Assembly: GCA_951406725.2 (NCBI GenBank)
Contig: OX597816.1
Coordinates: forward strand, 162,378,001-162,442,000
Origin: Octopus vulgaris
Lineage: Eukaryota
Direction of reading: 5' to 3'
DNA length: 64,000 nucleotides
The translations under genes and the position numbers were made by a program. Shown piece by piece: positions 1 to 12,831 of the stretch. Within the stretch, counting starts at the first letter, position 1; each line of letters begins with the position of its first letter. The notes beneath the pieces are model-generated. The model ran no database searches, was not told the DNA's origin, and saw only the letters and a list, made by a program, of their open reading frames with translations.

Positions 1-240
<240 letters not shown>

Positions 241-488
241 GATGATAGCGAAACAGATAAAATTGTGTATTTGTGAAGGAGCATGCGTATGCAATAAATA
301 TTTTTAAAGGAGGAAAGATAAAGAGGGGGAGAAGGTGAAACCAGTGTGTTTTGTATGTAAGATGTGTGCGTGTGTGTGTGCGCGCATGTGCATCTGTGAA
401 GGAGAAAGACGGGAAAAATAGAAAATTATGACTAAGTATTCAAGGTAAGCAAGTGTAAGGCAATGTGGAGCATACATCTCTTTATGAG

Positions 489-544
<56 letters not shown>

Positions 545-1284
545 TAAATAGATTTATGCATATATATATGTATATACATATATTAATGTATATATGCATA
601 CATGACTGCTTACATACAAATATATATACATACATACATGCAGTGAATGAGACAGGCAGAGAGAGAGAGACAGACAGAGACAGACAGAGAGAGAGAGAGA
701 GACAGAGAGACAGAGACAGTGGAAAATAGTTACGGCGTGTGTGATAGGTTTATCTATAGGAAACTGACCCTGTTTAAGGCCCTAGCAAAACAGGAAAATA
801 AAGGATGACTTGAACCTATGGCTGATACATAAAAGTCAACTCAAAAGCTATCTTGAAGAACAAAGGATGCAGTTTTTAAAAGAGAGCTAGTAGTAGTAGT
901 AGTAGTAGTAGTTGTTGTTGTTGTTGGAGTAACATCAGAAGTGAAGAAAAAATATGAGACATGAAGAACGAAAAATGTCCTCACACCTTGAGGGTTTCGA
1001 AATTCCGAAGTGGTTGAGTTCAATGAAAGCAGCGGGCTGTCTGAGACGCAGGGCTACCAACAGAGAGAGAGAAAGAGAGAGAGGATGAGAGAGAGAGAAG
1101 GAGAGGAGGCGGTGAGGAGGAGAAGGGATGAGGGAGTAAGAAGAGCTGGTGAGCAGGAATGAGAGACGTTATGATGAAAAGGTGAGGTCGTGTGATGGTA
1201 CAGGTTGAACATAAACCAATATGGCGAAGAGACGGCACACTGGGTTTGGCTTTGAACCTCTCAACACACACACAACCCCCCCCC

Positions 1285-1316
<32 letters not shown>

Positions 1317-1789
1317 CACACACACGTACACACACGTACACACACGTACACACAAGCATGACATCTGTCTACGGTGAAGAACTTTGATCAGTAGTTGTCA
1401 GGTTTCTTGGTCGAAATCACAGCCGGAAGCGGGTTTTACTTGACACTAACAACGTATGTGATGAAGGTGATGATGATGATGATGATGATGATGACGTCGA
1501 CGACGACGATGACGATGATGATGATGATAAAGAAGAAGACCAGTACCAAAAGCAGCATTCCAACGACGATGGCGATGATGATACCACCAACAATAATAAT
1601 AGAATAGTAGTAGTAGTATTAGTAGTAGTAGTAGTTGTAGTAGTAGCAGCATTAGTAGTAGTAGTGCCAACAGGATTATCCTTTGATGCTGTTGTTTGGA
1701 ATGTTACAGTTCATGTTTAGCCCTAAACAAGCGACCTATAGACTTACGATAATTAGACGTTTCCAACCGTATCTACAACGACGCTTAGA

Positions 1790-2023
1790 ATTGATTTCAA
1801 ATTTTGGTGCAAGGCCAGCAATTTCGGTGTGTGTATATAAGTCGATTACATCAATCCCAGTACTAATTTCGTACTTATTTTTATCGACCCAGAAGAGGGA
1901 TGGATTTATAAAGAAGGTAAAATCGACTTTGGCAGAATTTGAACTCAAAATGCGAAGATAGACGGACGAAATACCGATAAGGATTTCACTCCATGTGCTA
2001 ACGATTCTGCCAGCTTGCCGCTT
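1790..2023 (-). mobile_element. tRNA-derived SINE family A, diverged copy
   Basis: Reverse complement of the family A head (GGCGGCAAGCTGGCAGAATCGTTAGCAC...GAGTTCAAATTC) and body; lies head-to-head with the copy at 2056. Confidence 0.8.
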
Positions 2024-2055
2024 TAGCGACGCTTAATATTATGTCTACATGATTA

Positions 2056-2526
2056 AGGCAGGTGAACTGGCAGAAACATTAGCGCATCGGGCGAAATGCT
2101 TTGCGGTATTTCGTCTGCCGTTACGTTCTGAGTTCAAATTCCGCTGAGGTCGACTTTGCCTTTAATCCTTTCGGGGTCGATTAAATAAGTACCATTTACG
2201 CACTGGGGTCGATATAACCGACTTAATCCGTTTGTCTGTCTTTGTTTGTCCTCTCTGTGTTTAGCCCCTTGTGGGTAGTAAAGAAATAGGTATTTCGTCT
2301 GCCGTTACGTTGTGAGTTCAGATTCCGCCGAGGTCGACTTTGCCTTTCATCCTTTCGGGGTCGATAAATTAAGTACCAGTTACTCACTGGGATCAATGTA
2401 ATCGACTTAATCCCTTTGTCTGTCCTTGTTTGTCCACTCTATGTTTAGCCCGTTGTGGGTAGTAAAGAAATAGGTATTTCGTCTGTCATTACGTTTCGGG
2501 CCTTGTGCCTAGAGTAGAAAAGATTA
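2056..2526 (+). mobile_element. SINE family A, tandem multimer (one head, ~184-bp units)
   Basis: A-box-like TGGCAGAAACATTAG and B-box GAGTTCAAATTCC; unit restarts GGTATTTCGTCTG at about 2105, 2289 and 2473. Confidence 0.9.
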
Positions 2527-2538
2527 TACAATGTTAGT

Positions 2539-3590
2539 AAGGCGGCGAGCTGGTAGAAACGTTAGCACGCCGGGTGAAATGCTTAACAATATTTCATGTC
2601 ATTACGTTCTGAGTTCAAATTCCGCCGAGGTCAACTTCCCTTTTATCGTTTCAGGGTCGATAAATTAAGCACCAGGTACATACTGGGGTCGATCTAGTTG
2701 ACTGACCCCCTCCTCAAAAGTTTGGGGCCTTGTGCCTAGAGTCGAAAAGATTATATAATCTTATTAAGGTGGCAAGCTGGCAGAAACGTTAGCACGCTGG
2801 GCAAAACATTTAGCGGTATTTCGTCTGTCTCTACGTTCTGATTTCAAATTCCTCCGAGGCCGACTTTCGCTTTCATCCTTTCGTGGTCTGTAAATTAAGT
2901 ACCAGTTACGTACGGGGGTTGATTTAATCAACTGACCCCTTCCCCAAAATGTCGTGCCTTGTGCCTAGAGTAGAAAAGTATATCATGTCTACGTGATGAA
3001 GGCGGTGGGTTGGCAGGATCGTTAGCACACCGGGCGCTACATTCTGAATTCAAATTCTGCCGAGGTCGACTTTGCCTTTTATCATTTCGTTTTCGACAAA
3101 TCACGTACCAGGTGTACAATGCGGTAGATGCAATCAAAATGCCCCTTTCCTTGTAATTGCTGGCCTTGTGCCAAAATTTGAAACCAGTATTATGTCTACG
3201 GGAGTCAAAGAAGCTCCTGTAAAACATTAGAGTATACGGTACAATGAAAATTCAAAACTAGTTTTGGCAGTTTAGTGTTGGACCCTTTCGTTACAATGTA
3301 AAAATGAGTTGAACACTCATTGGTTGACTTACCTTAAACACTGAATCTAGATCAACGGTATAATCCGATGATAAAAGGCGGCGGGCTGGCAGAATCGTTA
3401 GCACACTGGACAAAATTCTTATAGGTATTTCACCCGTCGCTACGTTCGGGTTCAAATTCCGCCAAGGTAGACTTTATATTTCATCCTTTCTGGGTCGATA
3501 AATTAAGTACCAGTGAAACACTGGGGGTCGATGTAATCGTCTAGTCCCCACCTCATAAATTGCAGGCCTTGTACCTATGGTAAAAAAGAT
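2539..3590 (+). mobile_element. Cluster of four short-tail SINE family A copies
   Basis: Heads AAGGCGGCGAGCTGG-like at about 2539, 2766, 2999 and 3375, each followed by the GAGGTCGACTTTGCCTTTCATCCTTTCGGGGTCGATAAATTAAGTACCAG-type body. Confidence 0.85.
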
Positions 3591-3639
3591 TTTTTGTTAT
3601 AATCGGTTGTCACATATTTAATCAATGTTGGGTAAGTGA

Positions 3640-4020
3640 TTAAGGTGCACGACTGCAACCAAGTAGTTTCGGGTTCAGCTCCACTGCACAGCACCTTGAA
3701 CTTGCATATTCTGCTATTTCCTCCGGCCGACCAATGGCCTGTGAGAGAATTTCGTCGACGAAAGCAAGGAAAGTCTGTGGAAGCCCATCCATTTGTATAA
3801 GTGTATGTATGTCTTAGTATCAGATTTTGTCGTGCCCACACCGCTAGACAACCGGTGTTGGTTCTTTGACCTCCCCGTAGCTTAGTAGTTTGGTAAAAGA
3901 GGGAAGGAATAAGTATCAGGCATAAAAAAACAAGTACCGGAGTCGCCCTGTTCGATTAAACCCGTCAATAAGTTGCTCCAGTATGGCCGCAATCCAATGA
4001 CTGGAACAAATAAAATGATA
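3640..4020 (+). mobile_element. SINE family B, degraded
   Basis: GGGTTCAGCTCCACTGC head and CTCCAGTATGGCCGCAATCCAATGACTGGAAC tail match the other family B copies. Confidence 0.7.
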
Positions 4021-4464
4021 ATAAAATAGTATAACAATGTTTCTTTTTCAAATATTTACTGAATTACAATCATCCAAGGACATAGAGAGTAAACTTCTTA
4101 AGATTATGAATGCTTTATTATAAGTTTTAATTTTGATTCATAAGAAGCCGTTGTGAGTTTTGAGCACTTAACCGAGGCATTTATTTAAGTTGGTGTTTAG
4201 CAGACGCTGTCAGAGTTTAAGGACACTCAAAGAGTATCAGGGTGGATTTTAAATTCCTTTCTCGATTGGTTCTTCGAGATAAAAGCCTCTTGATATCCTT
4301 ATTCCTGTGAAAGCCTTCGTTTAATGTCAGAATCTTGTAGGTTTTAATATCAACGAAGCAGATTTTTCTGTGTAGTTAAATGCAAAAGTTGGTACTAGTA
4401 ATAATTCTATACATAACAGCTGCTAGAAGAGTCGGAACTTTCTATCATAAGTAATGATTCCAGC

Positions 4465-4844
4465 GGCACAATGGCCCAGTGGTTAGGGCAGCGGACTCAC
4501 GGTCATAGGATCGTGGTTTTGATTTCCAGACCGGGCGTTGTGAGTCTTTATTGAGCGAAAACACCTAAAGCTCTACAAGGCTCCGGCAGGAGGTGGTGGT
4601 GAACCTTGCTGTGTTCTTTCACCACAACTTTCTCTCACTCTTTCTTCCTGTTTCTGTTGTACCTGTATTTCAAAGGGCCAGCCTTGTCACACTCTGTGTC
4701 ATGCTGAATCACCTCGTGAACTACGTTAAGGGAAACACGTGTCTATGGAGTGCTCAGCCACTTGCACGTTAATTTCACGAGCTGGCTGTTCCGTTGATTC
4801 GGATCAACTGGAACCCCCGTCGTCGTAAACGACGGAGTGCCACG
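4465..4844 (+). mobile_element. tRNA-derived SINE family C (head H1 + tail T1) with 12-bp target-site duplication
   Basis: A-box TGGCCCAGTGGTTAG and degenerate B-box; AATGATTCCAGC is duplicated at 4453-4464 and 4845-4856. Confidence 0.92.
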
Positions 4845-5397
4845 AATGATTCCAGCAACTAGGAGTGAACAATATAATCAAACACCTTTTTTGTAATTAA
4901 GCCTTATTACAATATTTACATGGTGTCTTTTAACCTCTGGCAGCGCAACTTTATTAATTAAAAGCTGTTCGGAACGATTACTAATTAAAAGTTGTCTGGC
5001 AATGTCTAATTAAAAGCTGTTCGGCTCATCAGTCGCTACCTTGTTCTTCGACCAAATCTGTGAACTATTTAAAACGGTCTTCAAGATTTAAATCAAGGTT
5101 CATTCCGGTTCTCTCAGAAAGGTCACAATAGTTCTTCTATTGACTGAATGAGCGAGTAAACAACGCGTATATTCAGGAAGAAAAGGTGTCAGGTACAAAA
5201 TCAGCTTCTGGGAGGCCTAACTTCGTTAATGAGACCTAAGGTAAATTTTTTGAGAGATCTTTTGAAGGACAGCTGTACCGTATATGCTATCAAACACGGT
5301 ATATTGTTAAAGAGGCCATCAGCAATGATAAAAGTCCTCCCACGGAGCATATTGAAGAGATAACCCTGCGTCTGATTAGTCTTCCGATAGAGGAAAA

Positions 5398-5507
5398 TGT
5401 TGGTCTGCTCGCCTAGCCGGTGAGGTGGCATCGCTCAAACGCCAAAACGATGCAGAGCTCATTGTGATAACATCTCCTCGCCTGGTCGATCACGTGATCA
5501 CGTGATT
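5398..5507 (+). mobile_element. SINE tail T2 fragment
   Basis: Similar to 59305-59405 and to the reverse complement of 10949-11066; ends GATCACGTGATCACGTGAT. Confidence 0.65.
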
Positions 5508-5904
5508 ACCCAGCATTTTAATCAACTGCAAAAACAGCAGCTCTAGTATTGTCTTATTTCGAATCCAGTCTGGTACTATGTATTCATCCAGAATAATACA
5601 CCTGATGATGGCAGGAGATAAAACCGACCAAAATAAGGTTTTCTCGTTTTCTTTCTTTGTTTTAGGCCATCAAAGACAACACCAAGCTGAAGCATCAATG
5701 ATTACATTGATGAGTAGGTGTCTATTTGGTTAAAAGGTTTCATAATCAAAAGATTTAATTAACAGTCGTAAAAAACTGTAGTTTTTTTTTTTTCGTATTT
5801 CACGACAACGTTGAGTAATGGAGAGATGGGAATATGTGGAAGATGATCCAGGAAAAGAGGCAACTGGCCTGGTGTTGTTAGATTATGTAATCGATTTGTG
5901 AGCC

Positions 5905-6040
5905 AATCTATCTATCTACCTGCCTGTCTGTCTGCCCGTCTGCCTGTCTGCTGTCTGTCTGTCTGTCTGTCAGTCTCTCTGTTTGTCTATCTACCTGTCT
6001 GTCTGCCCGTGCATCTATCTATTTATCTAGCTCTCTCTCC

Positions 6041-6102
<62 letters not shown>

Positions 6103-6243
6103 GTCCGTCTGTCTGTCTGTCTGATTGTCTATTTATCTATCTATCTATCTACCTGCTGACTGTCTGCCTGCCTGTCTGTCCATCTGCCTGTCTGCTGTCA
6201 GCCTGTCAGTCTCTGTCTATCCACCTGTGTATCTGTCCGTGCG

Positions 6244-6329
<86 letters not shown>

Positions 6330-6425
6330 CATCCATCCATTGTCTATCTATCCATCCTGTCCTTCTGTCTGTCTGCCTGTGTGCGTTTCTTTCTGTTTTT
6401 CTATCGCTGTTCCCATCTGTCTATC
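5905..6425. repeat. (TATC)n/(TGTC)n compound microsatellite
   Basis: Direct repeat. Confidence 0.95.
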
Positions 6426-6989
6426 TTTACATACGTGTCCATGTATTCATACGCGCACACACACATACACCCGTACACACGCACACTTACATATGCACAC
6501 ATAGACAGACACACAAATAAAACCCAAAATGGCTGAAACTGAACTACAGCGCGAAGTAACTCCATAGTCTCTAGCAAGCGCGGTTGATGATTACAGAAAG
6601 TACACAGTCAATTTTAATGAATAGTACGCCGTTTTAAATAGAGTCTCCAATTTGAATAACTAAGCTCTTTAAAAAGAGATCGAATTCTTCTTTGTTAGTT
6701 AGTGTAGCTGATTTATCGATTATTTTTTCATCTTTCCTCCTACTTCCCCTTTCACTCCTTCATTCATCAATCTCTAATAAAGTCGCTATTCTTTTTATCT
6801 CTGTACAGTCTCTCCTCCCACTCATTCTCATGTTCGTTCAATGACAGAGTCAGACACATTTTATCACTCCCACTCTCTCGTTCATTCAGGAACATAACCA
6901 CACGCCACGCAACACTGTTATTTTCACCTATCCACCCTATCGTTTCATAATATAGTCTCTCTGTCGCTGTCTGTGTATCTACCTGTCTT

Positions 6990-7935
6990 TCTCTCTCACA
7001 CATACACATACATATATACATATATACAAACATACATGCAAACATATAAACCTGCATGCATACATGCATTGCATACATACATACAAACATACCTACAAAC
7101 ATACATGCATACATACATACATACATATATACGAACATGCATGCATACAAACATACATGCATACATACATACATGCATACATACATGTATACGAACATGC
7201 ATGCATACAAACATACATGCAAGCAAATACATGTATGCATGCATATTTACATACAAACATACAAATATGCACACATACATATATACATACACATACATAT
7301 ATACATACATTCATACATACATACATACATATATAAAAACATACAAATATGCACGCATATATACATTCATGCATACATACATTCCTACATACATAAATAC
7401 ATACATACAAACATACAAATCTGCACGCATACATGCATACATGCATACATGCATACATACATATATAAAAACATACAAATCTGCACCATATATACACATA
7501 CATGCATACATACATACATGCATACATACATAAAACATTACAAATCTACACGTATATATACATTCATGCATGCATACATACCTACATACACATATACATA
7601 CATATATACAAGCATACAAATATACACGTGTACATACATACATATATACATACATACATACATACATACATGCATACATACAGAAAAACATTACAAATAT
7701 ACACGTATATATACATTCATTCTTGCATACATACCTACATACACATATACATACATACATATTGCAAGCATACAAATCTACACGTGTACATACATACATA
7801 CATACATACATACATGCATACATACAGAAAAACATTACAAATATACACGTATATATACATTCATTCTTGCATACATACCTACATACACATATACATACAT
7901 ACATATATACAAGCTTACAAATCTACACGTGTACA

Positions 7936-7973
<38 letters not shown>

Positions 7974-7995
7974 ACATACATATACACATACACAC
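6990..7995. repeat. (CATA)n-derived satellite with ~144-bp higher-order unit
   Basis: The block AAACATTACAAATATACACGTATATATACATTCATTCTTGC recurs about 144 bp apart. Confidence 0.9.
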
Positions 7996-8169
7996 CCACT
8001 GTATTTCTCTGGAACTAGTGGCAAGGCTCCAAAATCTAACGATGGGCATGCGCTATTAATTCCATTTCGTCCGTCGGCAGAGCCAGCATGACAACACGAC
8101 ATCACTATTCAACAGAAGCTGTGTATTTGGTTGCCATAGCTACCGTGATTGAGGATACTATAAAAACTG

Positions 8170-8545
8170 GTATTGTGTGTGCGTGCGGGCGTGTGTGAGT
8201 GTGTGTGTGTGTGTGTGAGCGTACGTGTGTCCTGTGTGTGTGTAGGTGGAAATTTGATGTACGTGTACGGATGTCTATGTATGTCTATGTATGTATGCAT
8301 GTATGCATACATTCAGATATGTAGGTGTGCATGTATGTATGCACACATGCATGTATGTATGCATGCATGTATATATGTATATATGCATAAACGCATGTGT
8401 GTATGTATGCATGCATGCATACATGCTAGTATGTAGGTATGTATGTGTGTATGTATGTGTGTATGTATGCATTGTCATATATGTATGTGTGTGTGTGCAT
8501 TTGTATATATTTGCTATGTGTAGCTATAGACACACAAATATATAT

Positions 8546-8576
<31 letters not shown>

Positions 8577-9460
8577 CCTATATACCCACACACACACCAT
8601 ATATATAAATATGTACACGCATATGTCATGACTGTGCATGTGCATGTGTGTGTGTGTCAATACATATGTGTGTGAGCCCGTTTATGCGTATACCTGTGAA
8701 TGTGTGTGTGTATGTGTGGGTGTAATTGCGTGGGCGTGTGCGTGCGTGCCTGTGTGTGTGAGTGTGTGTGTATGTGCGTGCGAGTTTTTGTGTGTGTGCG
8801 GGTGTGAGTGTGTGTGAGTGTGTGTGTGTGGATGCGTGCATGCGTGTATGTGTGCGTGAGTATGTGTTTGTGTGTGCGTGCATGCTCGTGTATGTGTGTG
8901 CTTGTGTATGTGTGGGTGCCTGCGCGTGCGTGTGCATGTGTGCGTTCATGCGTACGTGTGTGCGTGTGCGTGTATGCATGTGTATGTATGTGTGTGCGTG
9001 TGCGTGTGTGTATGAGTGTTTATGTGTGTGCGTGTGCGTGTGTGCATGTGTGCGGGCAAGCGTACGTGTATGTGTGCGTGTGTGCATGTGTGTGTATGTG
9101 TGTGCGTGTATGTTTGTTTATGTGTGCGTGTATGCGTACGTGTGTGTGTCCGTGTGTGTATGTGTAAGTGTGTATGTGTGCGTGTGTGTATGTGTATGTG
9201 TGTGTGTGCGTGTCCGTGTGTGTATGTGCATGTGTGTATGTGCGTGTGTGCATGAGTGTTTATGTGTGTGCGTGTGCGTGTGTGCATGTGTGCGGGCAAG
9301 CGTACGTGTGTGTGTATGTGCATGTGTATATGTACGTGTGTATATGTGTGTGTATATATGTGTGCGTGTATGCGTACGTGTGTGTGTATGTGTATGTGTG
9401 TGTGTGTGTGCGTATGTGTATGTGTGTGTGTGCGTGTGTGTATGTGTATGTGTGTGTGTG
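8170..9460. repeat. (TG)/(TATG)/(TGCG) mosaic satellite with a 240-bp internal duplication
   Basis: GAGTGTTTATGTG...GCGGGCAAGCGTACG occurs at about 9014 and 9254. Confidence 0.9.
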
Positions 9461-10009
9461 TCTAGTGGAATAGGATGCTTTTACATTGCTTTGTTGCTGG
9501 GATCGTTTCATTAATTTCTTAGCTTCCAATAACGCTTGACTGGATTTTTATAAAATTTCCTTTTTCTTTGTGATATTCATTTATTTAGAGCCTCGTTGTT
9601 GTCACTGGGTCAGCTATAGTCGTTTTGATTGTTGTTGCTGTTGTTGTTGTTGGTAGTGGTGGTGGTGGCATTCTTCTTCTTATTGTCGTTGCTGTCGTTG
9701 TTGTTGTTGTTGTTTTTCCCTGATGAGAAATCGATATTGATATTGGTGATTTCGTTAAGTAGCTTTTAAGGTATAATTGTTATATTAATATCAATTAGGG
9801 GAATGCTTATAAATCTGCGATGCTAGACACATACAGACAGCGATTAAGGTTAACGGCAGCAATAACCAACGACGACAACAGTTACAACGATACCATCGTC
9901 AGCAGAAACAAAGGGAAGATCTACCTGGTTATTGTCATCAATAAAAATAGCAGCACCTTAAATATTTCTGAGTTTTAACATAACAAAACGCATCTATCTA
10001 TCTGTCTAT

Positions 10010-10083
<74 letters not shown>

Positions 10084-10084
10084 G

Positions 10085-10139
<55 letters not shown>

Positions 10140-10143
10140 GTCT

Positions 10144-10500
10144 TTGACCAAGGTTACCGTGGTCTTTTTCGTAGGCTTTTCTTCCCACGGATAAACCTTA
10201 CTTGCTTTCCCCTTTACACCATACATCATACCACTGTGATACACGATCCCTATTGATCGTTTTTTTCCCCTCTACTCCTTTTTTCTTCTTTTTTTTCATT
10301 TCTCTTTTCTTTTGTTCCTTTTCCTTTTTTTCTTTTTTTTCTTTTATTTTTTCCCTTTTACGATCCCTTTTGATGGAAAACCTACGCCACCTTTTTTTGT
10401 TTGTTTTTTTTTTTTTTGTTTTTTTCATCCCCCAAAAGAAAAGCTCTACCTTGTAACTTGTCCCATCTGTGTGCAGCCCTGTGTGGCCAATAAAGAAACT
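10144..10500 (+). mobile_element. 3' end of a putative (GATA)n-associated non-LTR retroelement
   Basis: Flanked on both sides by (TATC)/(TGTC) repeats; ends AATAAAGAAAC; a second, shorter copy lies at 37221-37376. Confidence 0.65.
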
Positions 10501-10948
10501 TATCTGTCTGTCTGTCTGTCTGTCTGTCTCTATGCCTGACTGTCTCTGTCTATCTATCTATCTGTCTGTCTATCTATCTATCTATCTATCTGATTGCATA
10601 CATCCATATATTGAGTACTGTCTGTTCCGCATTTTTTCATATTCATTTTCGTATATCCTTTTAAACGTTATTTACCAAATTATATCCGTACTCAAACGCA
10701 TATGCACACAGGTGCACACACGAACACACACACATATATGTGAATAAATACATACGCACACATATATATTTATATTTTAAGTTAGTTATGTTGTGTAGTT
10801 TGTGCCTGATGTATGTTTGAGGCATTGCTCAGCGTATGAAACTATTTAAACATGTAGAGTGTCTATTAAATACTATTTATCTCTCACTAGATGGAGTATG
10901 TTTTTGTTGATCTTACCATCACAGAACAGTACATTATATATATATATA

Positions 10949-11063
10949 TCACGTGATCACGTGACCGACCAGACCATCAGATGTTGTTACACATCGCTGG
11001 TCACAATGCGTTCGAATTGTTTTAGCCTTCGAATGACGCCACCCCGCTGGCTAAGCGAGCAGG

Positions 11064-11066
<3 letters not shown>
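10949..11066 (-). mobile_element. SINE tail T2 fragment embedded in (TA)n
   Basis: Reverse complement matches 59305-59405. Confidence 0.7.
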
Positions 11067-11097
<31 letters not shown>

Positions 11098-11114
11098 TTT
11101 ATGTATGTTTGTGC

Positions 11115-11153
<39 letters not shown>

Positions 11154-11157
11154 TGAC

Positions 11158-11200
11158 AGTGCCCCTGCATGGCCACACCACGTGAGCTGAAACTGGTTCA
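11158..11200 (+). mobile_element. Very short 3' fragment of the 13.4-kb LINE family
   Basis: GTGCCCCTGCATGGCCACACCACGTGAGCTGAAACT resembles the LINE terminus GTGCCCCAGCATGGCCACAGCTCATAAGCTGAAACT. Confidence 0.55.
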
Positions 11201-11231
11201 GTTCAATCTAATTCATAGATTTTCATGTATA

Positions 11232-12556
11232 CGAGATGTTATCAAAAATTTCCCGGACTAATTTTGTAACGCGCCAACAGATGGCAGCACATAGTTGCAT
11301 GCACAGTGAGAGCTAGATGTGACCTTCCTGAGACATTGTACCGAGTGATGTCGCAGTATTTACTGCGCAAGTTGTGATATTTATGTTTTGTGATCACCTT
11401 TATGCTGTAGTCTGCGATTTTGTCATAGACAAAAATTTGGAACAAAGAGTCAACGTGAATTTTTTCGTTAAACTTGGAAGGTCTGCAAAAACAGAAAATG
11501 AGCATGCTTCAGCAAGCTTACGGCGATGGAGGAAACGGGTCGTACGCAATGTTTTGATTGGCACGGGCGCTTTAATAGCGGAAGAACGTTCCTAGCAGAT
11601 GATGAGCGTTCTGGAATTCCTGCCACGAGAGTCACCCCCGGATATGGGGAGAATATTCATGTGTTTGCGCATGAGGATTGTTGGAGGGCAGTTAACGACA
11701 TTGCTGATGTTGTTGGTTTGTCATATGGGTCCGTGCAGGCAACCCTAACGTCTGAATTGTACACGCGACATATCTCTGCCAAGTTTCTCTCCCTCCTGCT
11801 AACCACTGAGCAGAAAAAATTCAGCTCAAAGGTCGCCGTTTTAACATCGTTGTTGAGACCAACATTGAATTGTCGAGGATTAGGTCCTCGGCTCGCTTGT
11901 GGAAAACGTCTTTCAGGCCTGAGACTCCAAGCAACAGTGTGAAAACAGGAACATTGCTACCGGTATAGTGCTGCGCAAGGTCGACTATTTCGAAAGGCAC
12001 GGTGTTAAAACTCAAGCAAGAGTTATTCTTTTTTAAATATAACTAGTTATTTTTTCGATACTATCTCGGCATTATGAAAGATATTCGTCCTTCAGTTTGC
12101 TACGAATTAAATCGAGAGTTTTGATGCGTTCAAGGTTAATCCGATCTTTTTCTTGGGAAAGCTTGACCAGGATCTGTGGAGATACGGAGAACTGCATATG
12201 CATCACGATGACAATGCGCTTTGTCACCGAGCATCCTTCACTCGTGAGTTTCTCACCACAAAACATGTCCTCGCTACTGCACCCACTCTATTCGCCACCT
12301 CTTTCTCAAGACGAAAATTCAGCTCAAAGGTCGCCGTTTTAACATCGTTGTTGAGACCAACATTGAATTGCAGAAGGTCCTCGGCTCGCTTGTGGAAAAC
12401 GACTTTCAGGCCGGACTCCAAAAGTGGCAGGAACATTGCTACCGGTATAGTGCTGCGCAAGGTGACTATTTCGAAAGTGACGGTGTTAAAACTTAAGCAA
12501 ATAAGTTATTCTTTTATTAAATATAACTAGTCCGGGAACTTTTTGATACTATCTCG
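11232..12556 (+). mobile_element. mariner-family DNA transposon relic, internally deleted and duplicated
   Basis: ~29-bp TIRs CGAGATGTTATCAAAAATTTCCCGGACTA / TAGTCCGGGAACTTTTTGATACTATCTCG, TA on both sides; transposase fragments EQRVNVNFFVKLG, DDERSG and HHDDNALCH. Confidence 0.9.
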
Positions 12557-12760
12557 TATTTGAAAATATTTGCATTAGTTTGCTACGAATTAAATCCTCT
12601 GGTTTTATATCTTCAAGGTTAATCCGATCTTTTTCTTGAACTTGACGGATTCACTATACATACGCATATGCATACATACACGCATGCACGCAAATCTGTA
12701 TGTGTGTATTTATACATACATACACACACATATATATAAATATATATGTATTTGTATATA

Positions 12761-12831
<71 letters not shown>

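Noticed and set aside
5010-5040. Minus-strand CTGATGAGCCGAAC hammerhead candidate
   Set aside because: No stem II and no GAAA box.
9718-9760. Hammerhead candidate CTGATGA-GAAATC...GATTTC
   Set aside because: Stem II is followed by GTTA rather than GAAA; no stem III or cleavage site.
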